Shown in pieces: positions 26,105 to 39,373 of a stretch of DNA of 64,000 bases (its first letter is position 1; every line of letters begins with the position of its first letter). Position numbers and translations under genes: made by a program. Source of the stretch: Chiloscyllium plagiosum (taxonomy: Eukaryota); assembly GCF_004010195.1 (NCBI RefSeq), contig NC_057728.1:42661552-42725551 (forward strand). The letters run 5' to 3'. Below the pieces are notes generated by a model that was not told the DNA's origin, searched no databases, and saw nothing but the letters and a program-made list of their open reading frames with translations.

Positions 26105-26152
26105 ATGGACAAGACCATTTTGCTTTTGTTTATTACAAAATGCGTTTTCCAG
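26105..26152 (+). CDS. FN3/C-type-lectin gene: first coding exon (signal peptide); exon probably starts at 26006
   Basis: MDKTILLLFITKCVFQ | CAG/GTAAGA strong donor; acceptor cttttttatatttAG at 26005; joins STGCLDC.. in phase 0 to complete a signal-peptide-like N-terminus. Confidence 0.72.
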
Positions 26153-27739
26153 GTAAGACTATATACAGAATTGAACTATGAAAGAGATCTTTAGCATTAT
26201 TGTAATATGAATTACAGTGAAGTGCAATATTTTCACAGTAATTTTAACAACAAAGTGTCTTCCTATTGGTTATTCATGTTTCCATTATGCTACAATGTAA
26301 CTATAGCCATAAAGAGATCTGCAAAAGAGTGATCACTCATATTCAAGATCATTAATCACAGTTAAACTTTCTAATATGTAACACAAATACTAGTTAAACT
26401 TAGCAATTACTGGTAATTAACTTTTTCATTGATACATAAACCCTGAAAAATATAATAGTAGAAAATAAGTCTTTTGCAAAAAAAAGTCTGTTGTTTATCA
26501 AAAATGATGTACATTATAATGGTGAAAAATCATGGCATTTCTATTCATTAGCTTTCTATTCATTATCTACACACTTTGGTGTTATCAAAGAAACAAAAGA
26601 ATATCTGTAAATCAAAGCTATCAACTCTTCAATAAATTTGTCTTTCAAAGTCTGATTATGATAAAGAAAATCTTAGGTTTGATTAGAAAACTGTACTTAA
26701 ACATAAAAATGAAGTTGAGTTACCACATTGGATGCAACTAAGAAAGGGAATGTAATTTGTGCATGCAATGCAATTTTTTCAACAGTGAAGCTATGCCCCA
26801 CCTTTTTGCATTGGCCCTGTGTACTTGGCTGGAGGGCAGTGAGGGGGGTGTGGATATTGGGGATGCAGTGAGGTTGAGGTAATGTCAGTGGACTAGTAAT
26901 CTAGACCCCCAGGCTAATTTTGTGGGGACGTGATTTTTAACTGCATTTTGACATGTGGTGAATTTTCAACTCATTAAAAATCTGAAATTTCAACGAAGGT
27001 GGCCCAATGGTAAAAGGTAAAGGCAAAGTCACTATAGTTCCCTCTCTTGAAGAGAAATGACTTGCAATGAGTTTAACCTGAGGGTTAGGTTAGGGTTCAC
27101 TTCAAATATTGTTTATTCTTGAATCAACATCCCTAAATTATTGTCTTGTCACTTATTTCATTGCTATTTATGGGACCTTGATTGGTAAAATCTGACTTCT
27201 GTCTTTCTCTGTATTCTGGGTGATTATGCTTTGAAAATACCTCATTTGTCCAAGCACTGCAACATCCTAAGGCTATGAAAGGTGACATTTACTTGCAAAT
27301 TGTTTATTTCTCATTCATGAAGAAAACTGCTTACCTTCTTAAATGTTGTGACACTGAAAGGATAGTGCTCTCAATAAAACTGGAAACTATTCAGGAAAAA
27401 TCAAAAGATTTAAGTTTATCTGTCCTCCACATGAGATTATAATGTTACAATAAACAGCAGTAGTCAGCTAATTAGCTCACCAAGCCCTCAATGATACAGG
27501 CAGGTCATAGGTTATGAACAGGTTCTGTTCTTCTGTCCACTTGCAAGTCAGTTAGTTTGCAAGTCGTAATACAATGCAGGACATTACAAAAGAAGTATTT
27601 GTAAGTACAGGAAATGGTCGTATGTTGGATCTTTAAAATTTCACTCCAGTATGAGAGCACATTCCTAAGTATAAGTGTCTGTTAACAGTTATATAAGACT
27701 ATCATAAATTGGGGGCCTCTTTCTATAAGGTAAAGGTTC

Positions 27740-28390
27740 ATCTGATTGTCCTTAACTCCATTTTCCTGCATGTTCCCCATAACTTTTGTTTCCCTTGTAC
27801 ATCAAAGAGCAGCTTGGGTCAGCCTTGAATATATTTAATCTTCCAGCCTCTATTGCTGCCTGTTGAAGAGAATTCTCCTATTTTTCATCTTCAAAGGGAG
27901 ATACCTTACTTATAAAACATGTCCCCTAATTCTAGCTTCTCCAAAGAGAGGGAACATCCTCTCAACATCTACTCTACCAAGCTCCTTCAGAATCTTAACT
28001 GTTTCAGTAAGAATACCTCACATTCTACTAAGCTTCAATTAATATAGATTCAACCTGCTCAACGTTTCCTAATAAGACATCATGTTCATTTCAGGAAGCA
28101 GTCTAATGAGTATTCTCTGAGTTGGTTCCACTGCAAGTACACCTTAACAAGGAGACCAAAATTGTACACAGAGCTCCAGGAAGGGTCTCACCAATATCCT
28201 GTGCATTTGTAGAAAGACTTCTCTACTCTATGGTTGATTCTCAACTGCCCTCTGAAATGGCCCAGCAAGCCACGCATTTCAAGGGCAAGTAGGGATGGGC
28301 AATTATTCTCATACCTGTTATGATAAAGGCCAACATTCCATTTGCTTTTCAAATTAATTGCTAAGATTTTGTGATTCACATACAAGAACA
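27740..28390 (-). mobile_element. old CR1-clade LINE 3' fragment with a short inserted SINE tail (about 28228-28305)
   Basis: cagccttgaatatatt, ctctaccaagctccttcagaatctt, aggagaccaaaattgtacaca are typical antisense CR1 3' segments. Confidence 0.65.
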
Positions 28391-28426
28391 CCATTATAAA
28401 CTGGTTAAAAAGAATGCATTTTCCAG

Positions 28427-28576
28427 TCCACAGGTTGTTTGGATTGCCAGTTAGCCACGAACAGATCAACAACAAGTAAAGTTTTGATTGAATGGAATCA
28501 TTTTCCTGATGGAGTTCAAGCAGAAAGATACTTGATCACATATGGATCATTTTCTCCACTTTTTTCCAACTTTGTG
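28427..28576 (+). CDS. FN3/CTLD gene exon: FN3 #1 N-half, phase 0-0
   Basis: ttttccAG | STGCLDCQLATNRSTTSKVLIEWNHFPDGVQAERYLITYGSFSPLFSNFV | GTGAGA; 150 nt; FN3 Trp and YxIxY. Confidence 0.82.
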
Positions 28577-29008
28577 GTGAGATCAGTCCCAATAAGGATG
28601 CACTTATACTACTTAAAACAAACTATTTCTGATTTGGAGAACTGATTTTATTGAATTTAGATAAAACTAGAAAATTCCATTCAAGCAGATATTAAGACAT
28701 ATTTGATAAATTCAGTTATTAAAATAGAAATATAAAGATATGATTATAAATGTACATTAATTTAGCTTAACATTTTTTTGTAAGTAACTACACTAATTTT
28801 CATCAATCTATAGGAAAAGATAATCAAAGATGAAGTTGTAGAACCTTGCATATATTAGGAAATATTTCAAATGTAGTTTGGGTGAATTTACATTTCCTCA
28901 CATTAAATAAACACATTCAATTATTCTATTTTGCATACATTTGTATCTGTTTCAGCATTTCTCCTGAATCACCTTTAATCATGATGCAGTTTTCTTTCTA
29001 TTGTCCAG

Positions 29009-29126
29009 AGATCTGCTCAAGGATCAAATATCATACTGTATGACCTTCAGCAAAATGTGAATTATTATTTTACCATAAAATCAATGAGAAATGGAAAAAT
29101 TTTGGACCATAAGTCATTCACTACAG
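29009..29126 (+). CDS. FN3/CTLD gene exon: FN3 #1 C-half, phase 0-1
   Basis: tttctattgtccAG | RSAQGSNIILYDLQQNVNYYFTIKSMRNGKILDHKSFTT | GTAAGT; 118 nt; absent from the ORF track. Confidence 0.85.
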
Positions 29127-30055
29127 GTAAGTGCAAGCTTGCTGAACAAGTTAATATGATTTACAGTTAGGCAACCATGTACAGGATAAGAAAAAATATA
29201 GTAAAATATATTCTATTCTTATGTGTTTTTCCTATGCAATGTTATGAAGCACATGTGATTACACTATATTGCCAATTGTTAAACCAAACTGCGGCATAGT
29301 AATGGAAGGATGGATGTAGATTTGATTCTCCTCTACTGGTGAATTTTTGATACTGGCTGACTTAGTCTCTCCTTTGCTTCTGGTGATAACTCAAATCAGA
29401 CTGTGGAAGTCTACAAGCCTTGGAGTTGGTTTTTACCTGCATGTTAAATGGTATTTGAAGAATGGGGACTTGTTAGAAACACCAAACTTGACTAAAAGAT
29501 ACTTCACAACATGGCTATTGGACTATAATGAGAATTGCATTCAGCTATTCTTTTCAGAGGTCTAATCCATCAGATCGGTGAATGAGGGATTTTCTTTAAA
29601 CCAATGAATATCTACTAAGACTTATATTTTATATTATGCTTTGAACATTGATTGTAGGTTCAATCCCTCTGCAAAGTATGAGTACATGATTTAAGTTGTT
29701 GCTCCAGTGCACTGAGGCTATAATAACCAAGAGTGCCCTACTTTGGGTGAGAATTAAACCCAAAACACCAGTTGATCATTCTAGATTGTTCATAAACAAG
29801 TTAAATAATGATAGTAATTAGATCAGACTTTTGGTGATAGTCATTTTACATCAATTCATTTGGGAATGTTATGACACATCTATGGGACAGGTGGTTTTCT
29901 CACTTCTGCCAGACCTGCTGCATTCCTCCAAAAATTTCTGTATTTGTTACTCAAGTGTAAATGTAAATGTTTGGAAAGTTTAGAAGAAAACATTTTAGAT
30001 TTGAGATTTGCAAATTATGTGGTGAGAGCAATGCTAACACTTTCTATTTCTCCAG

Positions 30056-30313
30056 GTTTACTTGGAGAAACTGCCATTATAACAAATGTTTCAACAACTA
30101 CTGCTTCATTCAATTGGAGGGAGTTTGGGACCGGAAGACATATCACTACAATAAGCCTTAATTTCACTTCATACACCGTATCACCAGTCGTAAATAACTA
30201 TACATGGAATCAATTAAAACCCGGAACTCTGTATAATTTCTCTTTGGAATTGAAGCAATTGCATCATTCAGGACTGTCCTTGACGCAAGTATTTTATATT
30301 ATGATTGAAACAG
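30056..30313 (+). CDS. FN3/CTLD gene exon: FN3 #2, phase 1-1
   Basis: tttctccAG | GLLGETAIITNVSTTTASFNW...NQLKPGTLYNFSLEL...IET | GTATGA; 258 nt. Confidence 0.9.
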
Positions 30314-31704
30314 GTATGAAAACGTTATGTACATATAGTCTATTTTTTGATATTTGTATTGAGCTACTGTATAATTGTATTGAGTTTTGAATATTTTGGA
30401 AGCAGGGCATTCTGTAACAAATGGTTTAGTTGTGTGCATTAAAAAAAATTGCATATGCATTTCAACAAATCAATTAAAAGAGTTTCAAATGCAAGCAAAT
30501 TGCAACATAATGGATAGGCTTTTTTTCTGATATAGAGCTATTATGCTTCTTAGAAGAATTATGAGAGGAATTTGTATTTCAGGTTGATATACTTCTTTAA
30601 TGTAATAGCAAAATGTTAGTTCATAGGAACATAGAAAATATATCACTCCAACAAATCAGTGTTTGCATAACCTTTGGCTATTGACATAAAGTTAAACCAC
30701 AAAATGTTTAATCCTCTTTTAATTTAACAGTAACCTATTGTTAGAAATAAGCAAATAACTTATATGCCTTTACCGCATATGTTTACCATTTGAATTAGTA
30801 TTTATGAGTTTACTATGCTTTGTTAATAAGTAATGAACTCAAACTCAATTTTCCACTCAAACATTCTACTTAAGTAGTTTAGTCAAGAGAAATTTTGCTT
30901 GCTGCTCAGATGTGGAAATTTTGAAAATATCAACTGGTTCAACATTTCATGTTTTTTTTGGTCAGACATGATTCTTAACACAATCATGGCAATATTTAAC
31001 AGCCTGCAAATTAATTCACTGAGAAATCAATATAGACTGAACCCCTATTTGTATAGTGTGAAGTGAACAAGTTCTTGAATTTACATAAATCCAGAATTTA
31101 AGGGAAGTTTTTCAATACCCAAATTTACAGTCTCATTAGTGTGTACAAGAGTATGAGAAAGGTTTAATCAGCTAAAACTGTGTCGTTGTCATTATAAGGT
31201 CTAGGATAATAGATAAATGCCAATCATTGTCAACATTCACAATCACTTACTAATGAGTATGATTGTCAACCTAGATAGTTCTATCTATGCTAATGAATAA
31301 TAAATGTCAACACTGATTCCAGCTGACATGTGGAACACAGTTGGGCTAGTACACAGACTGTAGGGTTTTAGGAATGGCTTCTTCTACTCACGTAAGTATA
31401 CAGTGTAATTAGATAATATTGGTTTATTCTACTTTGGTATGAGTACGCCCTCATCTCTCTTTATGATCTCAGGATGATCTAATTGCATAAGGCTCTGTTA
31501 AATTTCCAGGATTGTCCATTCTGTTAAGGTTTAGTTTGTAAAGTTATCTAGTGCCAAATGGAAAGAATTCCAGTGATGGATTTATCACTGCAAATGTGCT
31601 TAAAGTGACAGGCTTGCTATTTAGTTGACATTTTTCTGATTCAGGTATCAGACTGATGAGTCTGCCTCAAAGGCGTGAAAACTTGAGTGTTACAACACCG
31701 GTAC

Positions 31705-32190
31705 AGGTGGCATGGAGGCTCAGTGGTTAGCACTACTGCCTCACAGAGCCCCATTTCAATTCCACTCTTGGGCAACTGCCTGAGTTGAGTTTGCACATTC
31801 TCCCAGTGTTTGTGTGGGTTTCCTCTGGATGTTCCGGTTTCCTCCCACAGTTGAAAAGATGTGCAAGTTTGGGGGATTGGCAATGCTAAATTGCCCATAA
31901 TGCCCAGGGATGTGCTACCTTAAGTGGATTCCTGATGAAGGGCTTATACCTGAAACATCAATTCTCCAGCTCCTTGGACACTGCCTGACCTGCTGTGCAT
32001 TTCCAGCACCACACTCTCAACTCTGATCTCCAGCATCTGCAATCCTCACTTTCTCCAGCTAAGCGGATTACCAATGGGAAATGCATGGTTCCACACATAA
32101 GGTGAGTTCGGGTAGGATGTTTTTCGAAGGTCAATGTGGCTTCGATGGGCTGAATGGCCTGATTGTACATTGTAGGATACAATGATTCTA
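31705..32190 (+). mobile_element. HE1-like SINE interrupted by a Penelope-terminus insert (about 31931-32059)
   Basis: tRNA-like head ggtggcatggaggctcagtggttagcac; insert flanked by taagtggatt / taagcggatt. Confidence 0.8.
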
Positions 32191-32277
32191 TAACCAGTAG
32201 TATTGACTTTGGAGCCAACTTAACACTAAAAGTATCACATATATTGCCACCTTCTGACTTCCTGGATGATAATCACC

Positions 32278-34615
32278 AATTTTCTTTTATTCATTTGTGG
32301 GAAGTGGGCATTGCTGGCTGGCCAGCATTTATTGCCTGTCCCTAATTGCCTGTGAGAACATGGTGGTAAGCTGCAGCCCATGTGCAGTAAGTTGACCCAC
32401 AATGCTGTTAGGGGGGGAATTTCCAGGATTTTGACCCCAGCGACAGTGAAGGAATAACAATATACTTCCAAGTCAGGATGGTGAGTGGCTTGAAGGAGAA
32501 TTTGAAGGTGGTGGCATTCCCATATATTTAATGTGCTTTTCCTTCTAGATGGAAGTAGTCATGAGTTTGGAAAATGTTGTCTAAGGATCTAAGATAATTT
32601 ACACTACTGCTATTGATTGTTGTTGGTGAAGGGAATGGATTTTTATGGATGTGGTACCTATTAGCGAACTACCTTGTCCTGGATGATATCAAGAGTCTAG
32701 AGTTTTGTTGGACTGCACCCATCCAGACAAGTCTGGAATACTTCATCACACTCGTGACTTGCGTCTTGCAGATATTGGATAAGCATTGGAGAGTTAGGAA
32801 ATGAGTTAATCATGGAAGTATTCTTAGCCTCTGACTTACTCTTGTAGCCATTGTGCAAGTTTAGTTGAGTTTCTGGTCAATGGTAACTCTTGATAATGGG
32901 AGATTCAGTGATGGTAATACCATTGAATGTCAAGGGATGGTGGTTAGGTTGTCTCTTATTGGTCATAGCCATTGCCTGGCATTTGTGTGGCATGATTGTT
33001 ACTTGCCACTTGTCAGCCCAAGCCTGAATATTGTCCAGATCTTGTTGCATTTGAAAATGGACTGCTCTGGTATCCAAGGAGTCGTCAATGATGCTGAACA
33101 TTGTGCAATCATCAAGGAACATCTTCACTTCTGATCTAATGATGAAGGGAAGGTCATTTATGAAGCACCTGAAGATGATTGTGCCTAGGACACTCCCCTG
33201 AGGAATTCTTGCAGAGATGTGCTGGAGCTGAGATGAATAACCTCCCACAACCATCTTTCTATGTGCTAGATATGATTCAACCAGCAGAGAGCTTGCCCAC
33301 TGATGTCCATTGATTGCAGTTTTGCTAGGGCTCTTTGATGCCACACTCGGTGGAATGTAGCCTTGATGTCAAGGGCTGTCACTCTCACCTCACCTCATCT
33401 CTGGAATTCAGCTCTTTTGTCCGTGTTTGAAGCAAGACTTTAATGAAGTCAAGAGCTGAATGGCCCTGGTAGACCTAAACTAGGCACTACTGAGCAGGTT
33501 TTAGCTGAGCAAGTGCTGCCTGATTGCACTGTTGATAATACATTCCATAACTTTACTGATAATTGACAGTAGACTGTTGGGACAGTAATTGACAGGTTGG
33601 ATTTAGACCTACTTTTTGTGTACAGGATGTATCTGGTAATTTTCCATATTGCCGGGTAGATGCTCAAATTGTAAATTGTCCTGAAACAGCTTGGCTAGAG
33701 GAGCAGCAAGATCTGGAGCACAAGCCTTCAGTACTATTGTCGGAATGTTGTCAGGACCCACAGCCTTTGCAATATTCAGTGTCTTGACTGTTTCTTGATA
33801 TCACATGGAGTGAATCAAATTGGCTGAAGGCACTAGTGTCTGTGATGCTGGGGAAAACATGAGAATGCCTAGACCGATCATCCACGTGGCACTTCTGGCT
33901 GAGAATTACTGAAAATGCTTCAGCCTTATCTTTTGCACTCATGTGTTGGGCTGTTCCATCATGGAGGATGGGGATATTTGTGGGGCCTCCTCCTCCAGTG
34001 AGTTGTTTAATTGTCCATCACCATCCATGACTGGATGGTCACGGCAGGTCTGCAGATCTTCAATTGTTTGTGGACTCATTTAGCTCTGTCTATCACTTGC
34101 TGCATTTGTTGTTTGGCATGCAAATGGTCCAATTTAGTAGCTCCACCAGGTTGACTCCTCATTTTTAGTTTTGCCTGGTGCCACTTCTGGCATGGTCTCC
34201 TGTATTGAACCAGGGTTGAGCCCAGTCTTGATGCTAATGGTTGAATGGGGGATATGCTGGGACCTGAGGTTGCAGATTGTGCTGATGTACAATTGTGCTG
34301 CTTTTGATGGCTCAAGCGTCTCATGGATGCCCAGTCTTTCATTGCTAGATCTGTTTGGAGTCTGTCCCATTTAGCATGGTGGTAGTATCACACAACATGA
34401 TGGAAGTTAATTTTAATGTGAAGGCAGAATTTTACAAGGACAATGCGGTGGTCATCTACAGCTAGCAGATTGGTAAGGATTTGATCAAGTACGTTTTTCC
34501 CTCTTGCTGGATCCCTCAGCACTTGCTGCAGACTCAGTCTAGCAGCTATGACCTTTACGACCCGACCAGCTTGATCAGTAGTGCAACTACCAAGCCACTC
34601 TTGATGGTGCATATC
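32278..34615 (-). mobile_element. LINE (CR1/L2-group, second family) ORF2 remnant with 3' tail
   Basis: RGKNVLDQILTN, KDKAEAF, IPQGSVLG..FINDL..MFLDD, QQDLDNIQAWADKWQV; many stops. Confidence 0.9.
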
Positions 34616-34830
34616 AAATTAGCCATTAGACAATGAATACGTTTGTGCTCCTGCTATGTTGACAGGACTACTGGATTATTTGGCATCAACAATTACCACA
34701 AGTAACCATAAGATATTAAAACACATTACTGTCACCCTCCTGATCATAACATGGGTGTCAAATTTCTACAATTCCATATCTGGGTCATTTTTATTTTAAC
34801 TTGTTAATAATACAATTATTTCATCTGCAG

Positions 34831-35048
34831 CATCATGCCCTCCTGGCTGGGTAGGATCACTCTATAGTTGCTACTGGATCAGAAAAGATTATAAGCGATG
34901 GAAAGATGCATCACATTTCTGTGAATCAGCAGTTAATAGAGCTCATCTTATTGATATCAATACCGAAGAAGAACATAAGCTTGTATCTTCACTCCTGAGG
35001 TCACTAGATAACTTCAGCATGTTATGGACTGGTCTAAATGACATTAAG
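34831..35048 (+). CDS. FN3/CTLD gene exon: C-type lectin domain N-half, phase 1-0
   Basis: tctgcAG | ASCPPGWVGSLYSCYWIRKDYKRWKDASHFCESAVNRAHLIDINTEEEHKLVSSLLRSLDNFSMLWTGLNDIK | GTGAGT; 218 nt; absent from the ORF track. Confidence 0.93.
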
Positions 35049-36462
35049 GTGAGTGGAAAATCCTTTGTTACAGAAATATTTTGAAAAGCATCAATGAAGC
35101 TTTCAGGGTCATGCTTATAGCATAGTCACTTAGGCAAGGTTCCAGAGTTTCTGATGCCTCCCTGCAATTGACAGTCCTAAAGGGTACTTGACCCACATTC
35201 CCAAAGGGATCCTGGCTCTCATCACCAAAGGATATCAGGAACCTCTTCTATCCCTACCCTAAATGATCTCTGAAGCCTTCAACCCCAAGAACCATATTCA
35301 CAGGTTTTGTCAGTTCTCCATATGAGTACTTGGCCATCCAGAGGAATGTATGGGAAAAGTATCTGCGCTTACTTGATCTAACATCCATACTCCAGTCTGC
35401 AGATACCAGTGGTCCAAAATCAGATGTCATTGGAGCGTTTGGTCATTTAAATGGACAACTGCCTCTGGGAACTGCACTCCCGTTGCACCCCTGCAAAAAT
35501 AGCAAAGCCTAGTACTTGAGATTCCTGACTTTTTATAGAATTATTTATTTATAGAATTATAGAATCCCTACATTGTGGAAACTGACCCTTCAGCCCAGCA
35601 AGTCCACACTGGCCCTTCTGTCATTTTCTCTGCAATAAAAATGCTCTGTGACATTATAAAAATTGTATCCATTATTTCCAGTCAAAAGAATGCTCAGTAA
35701 AGCATTAATTGAAAATGTAGACAACAATAGCTTCGGGTATATTGAGTATTACATTTTCTGCCATTAATAGTTGTTGAAGAAAATTATTTTAAGACAGGAT
35801 TTGCTTGGAAAAGTAGAGTATTAAAGTGGAAGTGGAACAAATGAGATGGGGAATTGACTTAGTTGTTTACATGGAGAAAAGCATTGGGTGAGACTTGATG
35901 GCTCATGGCTGTAACATCCCATGGTTTTATGACCTGTTGCTGAATATTTTAGACAGCTGTTTTATATCATAGCCTTTCTGTGGGAGTGTGTAATGTTAAT
36001 TAGCTAAGGGAGTACATTCTTCTGATATTGGGTGCTCATAATAGATAATTTAGAGATGAATGAAAGCTAATTATGATTAAGTTTACTTTCTGATCAGATC
36101 ATTGCATTCCTTTTCACCACTGGACAATGTACATAAACATGTAGTTTGTAATTGGAAATCATATACAAGTGTTTTAATTTATTATTAAAGTGGCATCTTC
36201 AATATTTAGTCATCAACAAATATTTATTTTGATCTACTTTCACCATCCCTTCCTCATTTTGATCATCTCTATCAAATTACCCACACTGTAAGTCTACAGT
36301 AAAATTTTACTATCAATTTTAGGACATGTTAAGTGCCTTTTTGTGTGTTTTTAATTTTCAGAATCTAATTGACAGGTAGAAACTGTCTTGAAGCTCATTT
36401 TGCTTTTACTAGAATATAAAATTAAACTACATTGTATGGAATGTATTGAGGCAAAAGGGGTC

Positions 36463-36625
36463 TTGGTCAGAGTGGTGCTGGAAAAGCACAGCAGGTCAGG
36501 CAGCATCGGAGAAGCAGGAAAATCGCTCCTGCTCCTCGGTTGCTGCCTGACCTGCTGTGCTTTTCCAGCACCACTCTGATCTAAACTCTGGCTTCCAGCG
36601 TCTGCAGTCCTCACTTTTGCCTTGC
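36463..36625. mobile_element. hairpin of inverted Penelope-like termini, centre deleted
   Basis: agagtggtgctggaaaagcacagcaggtcaggcagca ... tgctgcctgacctgctgtgcttttccagcaccactct. Confidence 0.75.
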
Positions 36626-37130
36626 AAAAGGGGTCTTGTCTACTACTTGGAGAGTTGGGAAGAGCTGGCATTGCCTCATTCAGGAAACGCTCAGCAAACA
36701 GTATTAAAATTCAAGTGACCAACAGCTGACCTTCCCTGGGGTCAAGGATCCTCTGGAGAGTAATCATGCACATTAAAGCAATGTGTTCATTTAGAATGGC
36801 AAATTTAAAATGTTGGGACAGTATATGGGAAGCTTAGAATTGGAGAAAATTAAAAGGTAGAAAGCTACATAAACTGCAGAAACATACGCTTAATTTAATG
36901 GCTTTAGGCATTTATGCCCAGCCTAGGTTTGACTATGTGATTTAACATGCAGTCAAAAGAACACAAGTGACTGCCTAGCTAATTTTCTTTAAAAATGAAA
37001 CATTGACCTGTTTATATGAAAGTTCTTTCAATCCTTGCTTTCTCCTTTAAAATGTTGATTGTATAAAGGCACACTCCACAATAATGCTGATCTTACTCAG
37101 TGTAATGGATATAAATGATTTCTCTCCCAG

Positions 37131-37311
37131 ACAGAAACTGAGCTTCAGTGGACTGATGCATCTCCTTATAATTTAAGCAGTATTTTGTGGCAGACTTTGC
37201 CAATGAACGAAAGTGATTGCTATGCATTACAGCTGAATCCATTGGGTCCAAACTATCTGTTTACAGGGCTGTTTTGCTTCCTTCCTCTGCCATACATTTG
37301 TGAATATGAAG
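37131..37311 (+). CDS. FN3/CTLD gene exon: C-type lectin domain C-half, phase 0-1
   Basis: tctctcccAG | TETELQWTDASPYNLSSILWQTLPMNESDCYALQLNPLGPNYLFTGLFCFLPLPYICEYE | GTAAAT; 181 nt. Confidence 0.92.
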
Positions 37312-38640
37312 GTAAATTATATTTAAAAGCTGTTTCTACACTGAAGAAAATGTTATCAGACAAAATTATGTTTATTGAATGACCAAAGCAAAAGTCATAT
37401 AAGGTAGTATTTTGGATTTTTATTATTTTATTTGTACTTTTTAAACTTCACAGTATGACTTAGTTGATAATGATAAAATAACAATAATGCGTTAGGCCTA
37501 AATTATGCCTTATTTTTCCAAGGACCACCTTTTGTGTGAACTTTATCTCATGATGGATATTGAAACTAATGCAAGCTTACTGAAAATATGGTTTAAAGAC
37601 TAACATAACATAATGGGTTATTCCAATGGGATTAACCATATCTAATGGCTTCATGTTTCTGAACTGTGTTGCCTTTAAGCATTAGTGGATGATTGGTGTG
37701 AAACTTCTCATGCAGCAGTAAGAAGTAATGGCCAAAGCTTTTACTGTAAATTTTATTGTAACAAGAGTAATCTTCCAACAAGTAATTGCAGGAAATAATT
37801 GTAAGCAGGAAACACAGTTCAATGTTAACATTAAATCAATTTAGTCACCAAAATAAAAACAAAGTGAAACTCCTAAACTTAATCTTGGTAAGACCACAAA
37901 ATCCACATTAGGTCATCTCTGGAATTGTGTATGCATTCTTTTTTCTTTAAGGTGGCAATGCTGTTTGTCTTTGCAATTCTAGATCTGTTGACTTACTGAT
38001 CTGTTGATAGTTGTGTTGCTTCAAGGATCTGCTTTGAGTATTACCACCTGGTGACCAGAGTTTTGGAGGGAAATCTATCGAGTTTGGATATTGTTTCATA
38101 GATCAAACACATGACTTATTCTCTTTAGTTCATTATTATTTTCAACTTTTGAGAGAAGTTTGTGGTATCTTTGTCTTGTTTTTGTATTTGAATTTTTTCT
38201 GTAGTGGTATATTTGTATGAAACTTACATCGGAGCTGAAAGCCTCTAAACCTGTCTTGTATTGTTATGAGACTTGGTATGATGAGGTGAGGAAAGGTGAA
38301 TTGGGTCCCCTCTTTTGAAATCCCTATTGGTCAGTCACAACAAGTAGTTTAATTTCTGTTTACCATGCAGCTATAACACTGATTTTAGTGGTCTTTATTT
38401 GCTGTAAAATATCGTTATTGTTCGGAAATATTGTGGAGGTTTGCTGCTTCACCATTGATATGGGATGCATTACTTAAGGATGCTACAGTTCATTATCGAT
38501 AAGTGGTGTCATTTGGAAGTGAATGATACTTGTTTGTACAATAGGCATTGCATCATTTTGCTTCAGAATTTCACCAAAACTAGATAATTTATACTGAGCT
38601 AAAAGTTTAGAACTTTCTATAAGCCATTTTTAAATATGTT

Positions 38641-39066
38641 TGAGCTACAGGGAGAGGCTAAATAGACTGAGGCTATTCTCCTGGAGCAATGGAGGTTGAG
38701 GGGTGACCTTATAGAGGTTTATGAAATCACGAGGGACATGGATAGGGTAAATAGATAAGGTCTTTTCCCCAGGGTCGGGGAATCCAAATCAAGAGGGGTT
38801 TAGATGAGAGGAGAAAGATTTAAAAGAGACCGAGTGGCCACTTTTTCACGCACAGGGTGGTGTGTGTATGGAATGAGCTGCCATAAGAAGTAGTGGAGGC
38901 TGGTAGAATTACAACATTTTGGATGAGTATATGAATAGGAAAGGTTTCAAAGGATATGAGCCAAATGCTGGCAAATGGGACTAGGTTTATTAGGACCTCT
39001 GGTTGGTATGGATAAGTTGGGCTGAAGGGTCTGTTCCGTGATGTATATCTCTATGATTCTATGACT
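38641..39066 (+). mobile_element. CR1-clade LINE 3' fragment
   Basis: Colinear with about 9540-9975; tail ctctatgattctatgact abuts an exon acceptor. Confidence 0.92.
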
Positions 39067-39082
39067 TTGTGTTTTTCTTCAG

Positions 39083-39373
39083 TCTTAGCTCTTCCAAAGA
39101 CTGTCTCACTAAAATTAGAAGATGTTAATGAAAATGAAGCCACCATTGTTTGGGATGATTTAGATGGTTTAATCAGCACAAGATCTGAACTATTTATTTG
39201 GTTCCAAACTATTACTGGTGAAAGAAAAGAATATTCCCACAGTATATTATTAAATACGACGAAAGCAACTATTCCTGGGCTGCATCCTGGACAACAATAC
39301 TATTTTGCATTAATGATGAGAGATGGTACAGGTGTTCAAAGTACAATTACTCCAATTTTGAGTGTAAAAACAA
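39083..39373 (+). CDS. FN3/CTLD gene exon: FN3 #3, phase 1-1
   Basis: tttttcttcAG | VLALPKTVSLKLEDVNENEATIVWDD...IPGLHPGQQYYFALM...LSVKT | GTAAGT; 291 nt; alternative in-frame start at 39089. Confidence 0.9.
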
